Positions 1-9,526 of a DNA stretch of 64,000 bases are shown here, one piece after another. Source of the DNA: a virus (lineage: Duplodnaviria > Caudoviricetes); IMG/VR virus record IMGVR_UViG_2907408351_000001, positions 2,863 through 66,862 of that record, one strand, 5' to 3'. Under the pieces are notes generated by a model that was not told the DNA's origin, did no database searches, and was given only the letters and a program-made list of their open reading frames with translations. Within the stretch, counting starts at the first letter, position 1. Each line of letters starts with the position of its first letter. The position numbers were made by a program, and so were the translations under genes.

Positions 1-258
1 TAAAAATCAAATGAGATTGTACCATTTATATATAAAAAAAGAAGCCTCAGAGAAGGCATAAAATAGAAATTGTGAATCGGCGAAAAATGTTAATATAAAG
101 AGGATTTCGGAATAGATCTTTTACAAAAAATCTAGAATCGAATACCGCAAAACCCTAGTGCCTTAAAATCTGTCGTTTAATGAACGAAATATTTAAAAGA
201 ACACAGTTCCAATTTACCTACAATCAAAGGCGAACAACGTAGAAAACAAGCCTTTAAA

Positions 259-570
259 TTGCAGAATTTACCAAATAGCATTGATTTTTATCGAGGCCAT
301 TTCTCTTTAGAAATTAATCATGAATTTTTTAATTTGGAGAAGGATGTGAACTGGAAAGAATTTCAAAACGAATCCCCGACAATAAAGTCAGGGGAACAGA
401 TTTTACTGCGCTCAATCTCGGGTGAATTTTTTGTAGGAGAGGTTACGGAAGACGGAATTATTAAGCGACCTGGAACAGGCTACAGATATTCCATTCGTGA
501 CGCCACTCTTTCACATTGGTGCGAAATTCTAAATCCAGGTATTTTTGAATTTTCAAAGAATCTCAATTAG
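259..570 (+). CDS. hypothetical protein
   Basis: 103-aa ORF converging on the replicon operon; start uncertain. Confidence 0.5.
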   Translation: MQNLPNSIDFYRGHFSLEINHEFFNLEKDVNWKEFQNESPTIKSGEQILLRSISGEFFVGEVTEDGIIKRPGTGYRYSIRDATLSHWCEILNPGIFEFSKNLN

Positions 571-680
571 TCCAAGTTATAGCGATACACCCTACGACAA
601 AACTACATTAAGTTTCTATTAAATTCATAGTTTGCTCTATTTTTATTCAAAATATCCCGTTTTAGAATATTTGATTTTCC

Positions 681-699
681 CCCTGTAGAACATACAGGG
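681..699. terminator. hairpin between convergent genes, possible terminator
   Basis: CCCTGTA-gaaca-TACAGGG inverted repeat. Confidence 0.4.
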
Positions 700-752
700 A
701 AGAGCAAACCACCCCGATTGAGGCGACTTTTTCTATCAATCGCTTCTTTGTA

Positions 753-1601
753 TTATGATTTTGATAATTTTTCACGATAATCTTTGCATTCAGAAAGTGA
801 AAGCTCTTTCGTCATTTCGCATAAACGAGAATATACTCTTCCTTCGGCTTGGCTTTTGAAAGTTAATAAAGGAAAGTTAGAAGTAATGATTGTTACTCGG
901 CTTTGTTCGTAACGAGCGTCGATCAAATCGTACAACTTCGAATTTGTCCAATCAGTATCTTTTTGGACTCCGAAATCATCTAAAACGAGTATTGGTACGC
1001 TTGCAAACTCCGTTTCGATTGATTTCTCCTTCCCATGTATATCGGATCCCTTTTGATATGAGTCTTTAATCCTATCAAAGAAATCTCTATTTATTTTAGC
1101 GTATTTGCAACTTTCCTGATGTCGAAATATCATCTCGTTAATTATCCCACATGCTAACAAAGTTTTTCCGGTGCCTGGATTCCCCCAAAGATACAATCCT
1201 TCATTTTCTATATTCGGATTGTTCCAATTTTTTACAAGTTCCGAACTCCAGTCGTGGGCTATCGTAAATTGGATTCCTATGCTTGAATCTTGGTCCATTT
1301 GATCGAATGTTCGAAATTTATATTTAGGCGGAACTCCCGACTTGTTAAACAAAGTTTCAAATTTTCCGAGTTCCATCCTTGCGCCGTGACAAACACAAGA
1401 TATCATCTTTCTCTGTGCTGAATCAAATACCATCCAAGGCTGTTTTCCATCGCAGGGACAATTTTCGGAAATGCACGTACAAAGTGTTAAAACACTAAAT
1501 GAATCTCTTGCTGTTTTTTCAGTTAAATAAAATCCGACTCCTCTACAAATGGGGCAGTCGGTTTTTCCTTCCCGTTTCGAAATAATTTTATCTAAAACCA
1601 T
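753..1601 (-). CDS. DnaC/IstB-like AAA+ ATPase (helicase loader) with N-terminal Zn-binding region
   Basis: CPICRG and further Cys pairs; Walker A GNPGTGKT; Walker B LVLDDFG; IDARY and TIITSN motifs; directly downstream of rep. Confidence 0.9.
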   Translation of the reverse strand: MVLDKIISKREGKTDCPICRGVGFYLTEKTARDSFSVLTLCTCISENCPCDGKQPWMVFDSAQRKMISCVCHGARMELGKFETLFNKSGVPPKYKFRTFDQMDQDSSIGIQFTIAHDWSSELVKNWNNPNIENEGLYLWGNPGTGKTLLACGIINEMIFRHQESCKYAKINRDFFDRIKDSYQKGSDIHGKEKSIETEFASVPILVLDDFGVQKDTDWTNSKLYDLIDARYEQSRVTIITSNFPLLTFKSQAEGRVYSRLCEMTKELSLSECKDYREKLSKS

Positions 1602-1726
1602 TTTCTTATCTCAAAAACATCTCTAAATGAAGCCTTGTAAATCCGACTCTTCTTATCGACCTCATGGTTCTTTAACCTTTGAAGGAGGCCTGAGAATGGT
1701 TCTCGTTCCCCGTTGATTCATTCACT

Positions 1727-2893
1727 CTATGCCGCTGTATGAAAATGGATTATATTTTCAACAAAGACTGGCACGATTACCGTTTTTGTTTTATTTAGAA
1801 AATAGTCTCTAATGTGATTTTTGAGTTTTCCGGGAATCGAATCAAAAAACGTGATCTTTTCCAAATCATACCATATCCTAACGTTTCTTAAAGTTTCCAG
1901 ATCTTGCTTTTCTAACTTTAAGTTCGAATAGTCTAAAAAGCCTCTGATTGCTTCGTCTCGGAATCGGATATTGTAGAAATATTCATGTTCCATTTTTATC
2001 TCCGAAATTGATTTCTGTGGAACAATTGTTGTAACAGAATTTTTCTTATCTTCGATTTGAGTATCAGGAACAGATGGCTGTTCTATTTTCTTTCCCAACT
2101 CAATATTGGAATCCACTTCCTCCCCTACCAAAGTATCCTGAGTTTGAATTTTAACCGTAAGATTTAGATTTACTTCCTGACTAAAATATTTCGTAATTAA
2201 ATTTAAAAGTGAACTTGAAACTTCTTTTGAAAGCGTAATTGTTTTACCGTCCGAGTTTACTTTTAACCCATGCAAGGCTTCTTTACTGCTTTTTGTTAGC
2301 CTTTCATCTGAATATGATAAGAAGTTTTTCCATATATCTCCATTTTCATCAAATGTAAGATGTACAGAAGTTGGTACAGAAGTCTCTAGGGAAGTACAAC
2401 GAGAAGGTGACTGGGTGTACGGGTCTGCTCCGTACGCTTTTCCGGGGGGGCGGTTAGCTTTTGAGCTAGGTGTGTTGGGCTGACTAGGATTTATGTACGA
2501 GCCGTTCTTTTTATTTGCCTGCTCTACTCTCCAGGCTTTTTCATCCATAAGTTTAGCATACAATTCATCCGAAATCCTCAGGATTCTATAATGCCCATGG
2601 AATTCAGTTTGAGTTACTAGGCCGTCTTTTTTAAACTCTCTGATATATTTTGAAACTGTCGTTTCAGCTAGTCTCACGTATATTCCGAGATCCCTGTTCT
2701 TAGTAATGCAACCGCCGTATTTTTGCCTTCCGTTGATATCCAACTCTGCAATTTTAGCGAGAAGGATTTGTTTGCTTCTCGCATACGGCATGTCGTCTAT
2801 TACCCCTGGACAAAATTTGCCAGGGTTCCTATTCAAAGGAGCTTCCATTGCTACGCTCTTTTTTACCGATGCGGACATACTTCGGGCTCGCAT
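1727..2893 (-). CDS. rep: plasmid replication initiator (HTH Rep)
   Basis: N-terminal wHTH-like segment (NRDLG..VRLAETTVSKYIREFKKDGLV), Pro/Ser linker, position between parAB and the helicase loader. Confidence 0.7.
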   Translation of the reverse strand: MRARSMSASVKKSVAMEAPLNRNPGKFCPGVIDDMPYARSKQILLAKIAELDINGRQKYGGCITKNRDLGIYVRLAETTVSKYIREFKKDGLVTQTEFHGHYRILRISDELYAKLMDEKAWRVEQANKKNGSYINPSQPNTPSSKANRPPGKAYGADPYTQSPSRCTSLETSVPTSVHLTFDENGDIWKNFLSYSDERLTKSSKEALHGLKVNSDGKTITLSKEVSSSLLNLITKYFSQEVNLNLTVKIQTQDTLVGEEVDSNIELGKKIEQPSVPDTQIEDKKNSVTTIVPQKSISEIKMEHEYFYNIRFRDEAIRGFLDYSNLKLEKQDLETLRNVRIWYDLEKITFFDSIPGKLKNHIRDYFLNKTKTVIVPVFVENIIHFHTAA

Positions 2894-2929
2894 GGTAAAT
2901 TGTATTACCCTACTCTATTCAAAACGGGG

Positions 2930-3187
2930 AGCATAGATTAGGCATGGAGCCTTTTGGATGGTCCTCGATTCGAGATCGTTTTCGGCCGTTAGTCAGAGGG
3001 GCCGTATCTTAGTTATGTCTCCTAAGATGGGTACAGATATAGATAAAGATTATGAAACCTGTCAAGCTATTTAAAGAGACATAGTAAAATTATTTGATAA
3101 AAACACAAGAAGAGTGGTAGAAAACCTTTGGGGCCTCTGACCTCCCCGCAGGTTATTGATCTCGAATCTCGGGTTAGGAGATATGCT
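2930..3187 (-). promoter_or_regulatory. structured rep leader (nested inverted repeats)
   Basis: 2967-2977 pairs with 3158-3168; 2992-2999 with 3134-3141; hairpin 3006-3028. Confidence 0.5.
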
Positions 3188-3287
3188 GGTACGATAATAT
3201 ACCCGTACGGTTTTTGGTACTACTTTTTTATTTAGAGCATTAAAAAATTTTGGGCAGTTAATATAAATGCCCAAAGAGAGCATAAAT

Positions 3288-4217
3288 CTACTTTTTGGGC
3301 ATTTTTTCAAGCTGGTCTTTTAACTCTTTTTTCTTCTTTTTAAGAGTAGAAATTTTTTTATCAATAACTTCGATTTCGGCCAGAATCTCTTCACTGTTAG
3401 CAAAAGAATGCTTCTTTTTCTCTATAAAGGCTTCCTTGGGCTTAAAGGTTTTTGCAAATTGACGTGCCTCGGATTGTTTGGGGAGATCTCCGCTTTCAAT
3501 TTTAGGTAGCAACCAATCAAAAACTTCTTTGCTGTTTGTCTTCAATACAGGAAGGATCTCCATAAGCAAGGAGGTAGGTATTTTTCCTAAAAGATTGGTC
3601 TCTTCAGGGGTTTCTGATTCAGTCAGATCATTGATAGCGGAAGCGTGCATTAATTTTTGCTTCACCCATGATAGTGATTTGTGAAATTTTTCGGCTAACT
3701 GCGCGGCTGATAGGTCATTTCTTATTTTTATAACTGTAATACTGAGGGCAATTTCAAGATCACTTAAGTCTTCTCGCTGAATGTTCTCAATAAGTTTATA
3801 TTCAGGAATCAATTCAGGATCGATCTGATTGACGTTTTTTACGATAGCTGTAATGTATTCTTCGCCATTAATTTTTACTGCGCGAAACCTTCTTTCGCCA
3901 GCGATAAGGTGATATTCGTTCCCTTTTTTTCGCACCGTAATTGGTTGAATTAGTCCATATTTCTTTATGCTTTCCGCTAATTCATTGAGTGATTTTTCGT
4001 CAAAATTGGTTCTTGGATTCCCTTCGCTAATAATTTGGCTTACTGGAATATTTTCCAGTCCCGAAGCGATTGCAGGTTGCCTCCCCCGAGCGGCAAGTTC
4101 TCGCAGAAGGGCGCTACTCTGATTGACTCCACCTGTTTCCATCTTGGGGGTAGTTGATGATTTTCCGAAAGAATCCTTTACGCTAAATAATTTTTTGGGA
4201 TTTGCCTTGGTGGACAT
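3288..4217 (-). CDS. parB: ParB/RepB/Spo0J partition protein
   Basis: NPRTNF, GLIQPITV, LIAGERRFRA, LIENIQREDL motifs followed by an HTH. Confidence 0.95.
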   Translation of the reverse strand: MSTKANPKKLFSVKDSFGKSSTTPKMETGGVNQSSALLRELAARGRQPAIASGLENIPVSQIISEGNPRTNFDEKSLNELAESIKKYGLIQPITVRKKGNEYHLIAGERRFRAVKINGEEYITAIVKNVNQIDPELIPEYKLIENIQREDLSDLEIALSITVIKIRNDLSAAQLAEKFHKSLSWVKQKLMHASAINDLTESETPEETNLLGKIPTSLLMEILPVLKTNSKEVFDWLLPKIESGDLPKQSEARQFAKTFKPKEAFIEKKKHSFANSEEILAEIEVIDKKISTLKKKKKELKDQLEKMPKK

Positions 4218-4272
4218 CGCTATTCCTTATATCTAATTATTACTAAACAAACAAATAGTTCAGTCAACTGAA

Positions 4273-5082
4273 CTATTTGTTTGTGATAACCGCTCCGGTT
4301 TTTTCAATTATAAGATCGGCTAATAAATCATACGCCAACCATCCTTCTGTCCCTTCTTTTAACGGCTCACCGAATTCGGTCCTGTCTCTAATTGTACTGG
4401 ATTGTGGAATGGGAGGAAGTATAATAGGGACGGGTACTTTCTCAAAACCAATCTCCGTTGACTGAAGGAACTTCAATAATTGCGGGATCTGTTGCAATTG
4501 GTCAAAAATTTGTTCGCTACGACCAGATTTCCCCCAGATTGTGGGAAGGATACTAACAGAGGTTAGATGAGAACCAGGGAAGTTGCAAGCTTCGTTAATT
4601 TTTCGAAAAACTTTCTTAATTGTTCGGACTGCCCATTTTGAAGGATTGACGGGAATGATAACAGCGTCTGTAGCTAAAAGCGCCGAAAGCATTTCTGAAG
4701 AGCCGGAGCCAGGGGTGTCTATTACAACGAAATCATATTCGGACTTTCTTAAGACTTCATTCAATCTTGTGACAAGTGATACATCCTTTCCAACGTAGTA
4801 TTGAAAATCCTCAAGCTCCAAGGCTGAAAGCAGAAGATCTACGCCGTATTTACTTTTAATTGCTTCTTTTAATGTGCTTTCGGATCTGATTACAGTAAAT
4901 GTATTAGCTTGGTCAAAAAATTCAGGGGATTCATCAGGGAAGAAGACATCTGACATATCTGCTTGGGGGTCATGATCAACACCAAGTGTCTTTCCTCGAC
5001 GAGCTAGCGCCATTGATAGATGGGAGGCGCTAGTAGATTTCGAAACCCCACCCTTTACGTTTGCAAAAGTGTAAACTTTCAT
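4273..5082 (-). CDS. parA: ParA partition ATPase
   Basis: Deviant Walker A KGGVSKST, DHDPQAD, YDFVVIDTPG. Confidence 0.95.
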   Translation of the reverse strand: MKVYTFANVKGGVSKSTSASHLSMALARRGKTLGVDHDPQADMSDVFFPDESPEFFDQANTFTVIRSESTLKEAIKSKYGVDLLLSALELEDFQYYVGKDVSLVTRLNEVLRKSEYDFVVIDTPGSGSSEMLSALLATDAVIIPVNPSKWAVRTIKKVFRKINEACNFPGSHLTSVSILPTIWGKSGRSEQIFDQLQQIPQLLKFLQSTEIGFEKVPVPIILPPIPQSSTIRDRTEFGEPLKEGTEGWLAYDLLADLIIEKTGAVITNK

Positions 5083-5708
5083 AATTCTTATTCTTTCAGT
5101 ATATTTTTTAAGGAAAGCCGATTTTAAACTTTCTATATATTTTTTGAATTTTTAGGTTAGAAAGAGCTATCCGAAAATAAACTGGATAATCGACAAGCTT
5201 GTTGACGAAAGTTCTTGTAGTTTTTGGAATGGTTTGCTTAACATATATATAGTTCTTAAATGAAAAAAACTAAAGGTTTTAAAATTGAAAACTTAACTTT
5301 CCTAAAAACTCCAAAATCCTCTCTTTTCCGATATTTCTCCCTGTGCTACCTACAGGAAGTCGATAGGGGGGAGGAGAAATTTCACTTTTTGCAAGTTCAT
5401 TAGTCCGATTGAAAATTTTGAATCAAAACAAATGTCGAAAAAATATTAACTCAGAGTTCTTTTTAAGAACTGTGATAAGAATTGAACCTTTAAATATACC
5501 TGGCTTTCGTTAAAATAAATTCGCATTATCATGTCTGATCCCTGAAACCGAAAGAATAGAATAAAGGTCGAATCGGGATGAGACGCGAAATTTGAGATTG
5601 CAAATCTCTCCTAGTCCTTAAGAAAATTTGGTTTTTTAAGCCATAAGGAAAATGCTGAATTGACTCTGTAGACCGATAGAATTTAAGACGGTTAAAAATG
5701 GGTGCAGT

Positions 5709-5960
5709 GTGAACGACGAAAATTTGAAGAATGAACTCGTGTTAGTATTGCGGAAAATGGTTGGAGCGATTAACAAGGGGGGGCCTTCTGATTTAGTCGC
5801 CCAAAATACAGCGAAAGAATTGCTCGCTACTTTTCATCGTCAGAAAGACGAGAGAGAAAAAAGCGAAGAAATTCTTGAAGAGTCGTCTTCTTTGATTTGG
5901 GAAGGTTCGCGGGTAAGGACTCAAGGTAAGTCAAAATTCCAAAGGACTCTAGCTTCTTAA
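5709..5960 (+). CDS. hypothetical protein, convergent with and overlapping the repressor 3' end
   Basis: 83-aa ORF only. Confidence 0.35.
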   Translation: MNDENLKNELVLVLRKMVGAINKGGPSDLVAQNTAKELLATFHRQKDEREKSEEILEESSSLIWEGSRVRTQGKSKFQRTLAS

Positions 5961-6210
5961 CTAATTTTATCTTTTTGTCTAATTCGCTAAATTCATTAGT
6001 GATATACTTCTCGCCTTTTCCTTCCTTAATCCATTCTCTGCGGACATTAAATTTAGATTCAATTTTGTCCAGCCTGTGTTCCGGAATTTCAAGCTCCCCC
6101 TTCTTGTAAGAATAATACTGCCTTCTAGACGATCCAATTTCATTTGCAAACTGGTCGTGTGTTAGGTCGTTTTCCTTTTCAATGCTCTCGAGGCGTTCTT
6201 TTATATTCAT
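5827..6210 (-). CDS. XRE-family HTH repressor (CI-like)
   Basis: MNIKERL..LTHDQFANEIGSSRRQYYSYKKG..WIKEGKGE; start moved to the ATG at 6210; divergent from the antirepressor. Confidence 0.8.
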   Translation of the reverse strand: MNIKERLESIEKENDLTHDQFANEIGSSRRQYYSYKKGELEIPEHRLDKIESKFNVRREWIKEGKGEKYITNEFSELDKKIKLVKKLESFGILTYLESLPANLPKSKKTTLQEFLRFFLSRLSDDEK

Positions 6211-6219
6211 ATTTAAAAA

Positions 6220-6272
6220 AGTGCATAACCCGCAATTTATTTTGTTTACAATGTGCGGCATCCGCACAGAAT
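6220..6272. promoter_or_regulatory. repressor operators and rightward early promoter
   Basis: Palindrome TGTGCGG-cat-CCGCACA at 6252-6268 between TTTACA (6245) and CAGAAT; degenerate copy at 6220-6236. Confidence 0.55.
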
Positions 6273-6332
6273 GAGACAAGCCATTTCGTTCCGATTAAAC
6301 GAATCTGGGGAGAAAATTTTTGGAGTTACTCC

Positions 6333-7097
6333 ATGACGATGGGACAAGCAGCCACTTTTCAGCCTTACCGCGATGCGGTTTGCACGGACAGCCGAATCAT
6401 TTCTCGTATTTTGGGCATGGATCATTTTAAAATTCTCAACCTACTACGCTCCCACCCTGAATTTAAAAACGTATGGTTCGAGGGAGAAAGACGGAAGGAC
6501 TCCGAATCCAATGTGAGTAACTCGGAATATAGTGAGATGTATGCGATGCTTACGATAAGGCAAGCATATATTTTAGCGGAACAAATACCTTTAAGGGAAA
6601 GGGATTTTAATTCCGTACATAGTTTTCTTGAAGAACTTAGATTGGAATTAGAAAAACAAGAGAACCTAAATCGGAAGCCTGAATATAATCCGGAAAGGAA
6701 TTTTAATCCCGCCTTTCAGTCGGAAATAAAACCAAACAATAAAGAATATGAAAGGTTACTTAAATCGGAAGGAGATCTCACCCTCCAAGAGGCATCCGCG
6801 ATTTTGGCGATTCCGAGGCTCGGAAGAAATAACCTTTTACGACTTTTGAGAGAAAGAGGAATTTTTGGAAAAAACAATATTCCCGGAAGGTATCATGTGG
6901 AAAGAGGAAGGTTTCGAGTCGTCCAGGTTCCGTATGAAACCACTCTCCATGGTAAACCTGTAAATCGTTATTATAAAGAGACGGTCGTAACTCAGAAAGG
7001 GATGAAATTTCTTCTTAAAGAACTCACCCAGTGTGATTTCGAAAACGACAAACTAATTCAAAATGAACAAAATCTTGAGGCCGATCGAGCAGTATAG
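6333..7097 (+). CDS. phage antirepressor (Rha-like N-terminus, KilA-C/ANT C-terminus)
   Basis: TDSRIISRILG..H N-terminus; LGRNNLLRLLRERG..P..YHVERGRF..TVVTQKG C-terminus; GGAG SD before ATG 6333. Confidence 0.85.
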   Translation: MTMGQAATFQPYRDAVCTDSRIISRILGMDHFKILNLLRSHPEFKNVWFEGERRKDSESNVSNSEYSEMYAMLTIRQAYILAEQIPLRERDFNSVHSFLEELRLELEKQENLNRKPEYNPERNFNPAFQSEIKPNNKEYERLLKSEGDLTLQEASAILAIPRLGRNNLLRLLRERGIFGKNNIPGRYHVERGRFRVVQVPYETTLHGKPVNRYYKETVVTQKGMKFLLKELTQCDFENDKLIQNEQNLEADRAV

Positions 7098-7275
7098 ATT
7101 TCGTGAAGTCGAGAACCAAGAAAATGGAATTATCTACTTTGAAGTATATGATCGATATACGGATGAAGTCGTATTTCAAGACGAATCCTTTGCTTGGTGT
7201 ATCCATTGGATTATCGAAGAAGAGGTCGGATATGAAACAAGACCGAACTCTAAAGATAAAGAACCTAAACTGTAA
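7063..7275 (+). CDS. hypothetical early protein
   Basis: 70-aa ORF overlapping the antirepressor end. Confidence 0.55.
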   Translation: MNKILRPIEQYRFREVENQENGIIYFEVYDRYTDEVVFQDESFAWCIHWIIEEEVGYETRPNSKDKEPKL

Positions 7276-7519
7276 TAAAAAACCTAATTTCTGGAATCTT
7301 CGTCTAAATCGAATTTCAGACCAAAATCAAAAAGGATTCGAGTCAAGGAGGTCTGGAAAATGGGAACAATCATAATTGTAGTTTGCGTTTTTCTTCTGAT
7401 CGCGGGGATAGGGGGCATTGTATTTCAATATCTACCCCGTAAGCGAACAGACGAAGACATTTTACGAAGCTTAAATAAGATATATTTCAAAAAATAGAAT
7501 CTCCACAAGGAATCAACAC

Positions 7520-7873
7520 TTGGAAAATTTCTTTTCTTTTTCTTCTTCCGCGTTGAGTGAAAACAAAAACACGGATTCTTCTCCCTTAGAAAATCTCCTA
7601 AACGAATATCGTTTTCTAAAAAGCCCACTTTCTCCATCCGTCTACAAATGTTCTTTTATTCCGGGACTTAGTGTGGAAGTAGGGGAGGTCGTATTATTTA
7701 AAGAGCGGGACTTGCTCTTTTACTTCACGGACTCTCTTGAGATTGTCGAGAAAGTTTTGGCGACTCTTTTAGACGCTTGGGAGAGGCGACTTGAATGCGA
7801 CAAACAAAGTCCTCTCTCTTGCTTTGATTCAGTCTCGGAAATGTTTCAAAACGAAAGGGAATTGGAAGTATGA
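7520..7873 (+). CDS. hypothetical protein
   Basis: 117-aa ORF coupled (ATGA) to the next gene. Confidence 0.55.
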   Translation: MENFFSFSSSALSENKNTDSSPLENLLNEYRFLKSPLSPSVYKCSFIPGLSVEVGEVVLFKERDLLFYFTDSLEIVEKVLATLLDAWERRLECDKQSPLSCFDSVSEMFQNERELEV

Positions 7874-9240
7874 TTCTGTTTTCCAAAGAACAAAGGATCT
7901 TCCACGCAGAAAGACCCGAACGAGATTTTACGATCGTAACAAACGTTTGGATACGGGATTCAAGGCTTAGCTGGAAGGCGCGGGGTATTTTGATATTTCT
8001 TTTACAACTTCCTCCGGATTGGGCGGTAAATAGTGAAGAATTGCAAACTCATGCTTCGGACAAAAAAGAAAGCACCATAGCAGGTCTACGGGAACTTGTC
8101 CATTTCGGATATGCGGAGCTTGTTCGCGAGAGAGATCCGGAAACCGGAAGGATCAAACAGGTTTGGAACTTTTTTGAGACCTCGAGAAAACCTTTTGTCA
8201 TGGCGGCAAAGGTAAGTAATAAAAAAGCTAAATCTCAAGACATACAACCAACCCTTTTTGATTCAATTTCTGGAGGAGTGGAGAATTCACCAGGACTGGA
8301 TTTTCCGGTCCCGGTGGATCCGGCCTCGGCTTCCCCGGAGCTGGAAATCCCGGCCCCGGTAAAAAAGCCTCTACTAAGTACTAAAGACAAAGTACGAATG
8401 GACCAATTCCTAAAAAACCAAATACTAAATACTTCTAGAGAGAAGGAGCCACCTGAACGCTCACCGAAAGAAAACCGGAACCGGGAAAACCAAAATTGGA
8501 ACTTTCCGGTTCTTTGGCTTGAATCCTTTCAAAAGGTGTATAACGAAGAGCACGGTATTGCAATGGGTAAGCCGCTTTCAGAACTGAAAAGTCTAGAATG
8601 GATATACAATACGACAAACGGAGATTGGAGCCAAGTTCATATTAAATTGCAGATTTTAATGCAATTGAGAAACGAAGATTCAAAGTTTTGGGGAAGGCAA
8701 GCGGTTAGCCCTGAAACTCTTTCAAAATTCTGGGCGCGTCTTTTCCCGCAAGACCGCACAAAGCAAATTTCAAAAGAGAAAATTCAGAATAAAGAAAAAA
8801 TTAGGAAAGAGAGCTTTAAAAAAGAAAATCAAACTTCTAATCCTCCGACCACAGTTTTTAAAACAAGTCGAACGCTTCCTAAAAGCCGACATGAATGTTT
8901 TTTGCTTTGGGCAAAGGAAAATAAACTTCATAGCGCATCAATCCAGTTCTATCAAGAAAACTTGGATCCTCAAACCTATACTGGCGGTAAAAAGATTCTT
9001 TATGAAAAATTCTTTAATGAAGTTGCGCCAACTCTATACGAAGATTTTGAGGATAGAGTAGAGGAGTTGTATCAGAAGGAAGATCCTCATTACGGCGCGG
9101 GTCGTAAAACGACATGTGTCGTTTTACATTCCAATAAAGATGCAAAAATTGAAAAATTTCCATTAAAGGATCGGTCTTACTCAAAATGCAATAATGAAAA
9201 CGGACTCGTTTTAGTGAAACAGCAAGAAGGTGTATCATGA
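7870..9240 (+). CDS. phage replication initiator (HTH, lambda-O/replisome-organiser-like)
   Basis: FTIVTN..IRDSRLSWKARGIL..LLQLP.DW N-terminus typical of phage initiators; internal 15-bp repeats. Confidence 0.75.
   Translation: MILFSKEQRIFHAERPERDFTIVTNVWIRDSRLSWKARGILIFLLQLPPDWAVNSEELQTHASDKKESTIAGLRELVHFGYAELVRERDPETGRIKQVWNFFETSRKPFVMAAKVSNKKAKSQDIQPTLFDSISGGVENSPGLDFPVPVDPASASPELEIPAPVKKPLLSTKDKVRMDQFLKNQILNTSREKEPPERSPKENRNRENQNWNFPVLWLESFQKVYNEEHGIAMGKPLSELKSLEWIYNTTNGDWSQVHIKLQILMQLRNEDSKFWGRQAVSPETLSKFWARLFPQDRTKQISKEKIQNKEKIRKESFKKENQTSNPPTTVFKTSRTLPKSRHECFLLWAKENKLHSASIQFYQENLDPQTYTGGKKILYEKFFNEVAPTLYEDFEDRVEELYQKEDPHYGAGRKTTCVVLHSNKDAKIEKFPLKDRSYSKCNNENGLVLVKQQEGVS
8290..8364 (+). 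repeat. five degenerate 15-bp tandem repeats (candidate iterons)
   Basis: ccaggactggatttt / ccggtcccggtggat / ccggcctcggcttcc / ccggagctggaaatc / ccggccccggtaaaa. Confidence 0.6.
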
Positions 9241-9500
9241 ACGGAATTTTGAAAGAAGAGTTTCATATTTACAAGCACTTACCTCCGACTTCTCAAACAC
9301 CCAGGCTTTGGGGTGCAATCGGGAAGTGGTTTGATGGACCTGAGGGTGCGAAAATTGCAATATCAACTGCCGCCTTACTGCAAACATCGGCTCCCGAAGG
9401 GGTGGAATATTCGGTTCAAAGATACGAATACGGAATCCATCGAAAAAATAGACCGAGCAAAACCATGATCTGGCGAAACGGAAGATTGATCGATGTATAA
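9237..9500 (+). CDS. hypothetical protein
   Basis: 87-aa ORF coupled to the initiator gene. Confidence 0.6.
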   Translation: MNGILKEEFHIYKHLPPTSQTPRLWGAIGKWFDGPEGAKIAISTAALLQTSAPEGVEYSVQRYEYGIHRKNRPSKTMIWRNGRLIDV

Positions 9501-9526
9501 GGTTCGAAACAAAAAGAGCAAATAAA

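Noticed and set aside
3002-3084. TTATGTCTC / GAGACATA near rep as further dif-like sites
   Set aside because: No matching left arm at 6-nt spacing; treated as part of the leader structure
5328-5381. CCGAT-N14-TACCTA with an overlapping hairpin upstream of parA
   Set aside because: No adjacent start codon and a weak hexamer; cannot tell a small-RNA promoter from chance
5083-5708. parS search in the AT-rich region upstream of parA
   Set aside because: Only short palindromes (e.g. AGTTCTT-ttt-AAGAACT at 5455-5471) and no repeated motif
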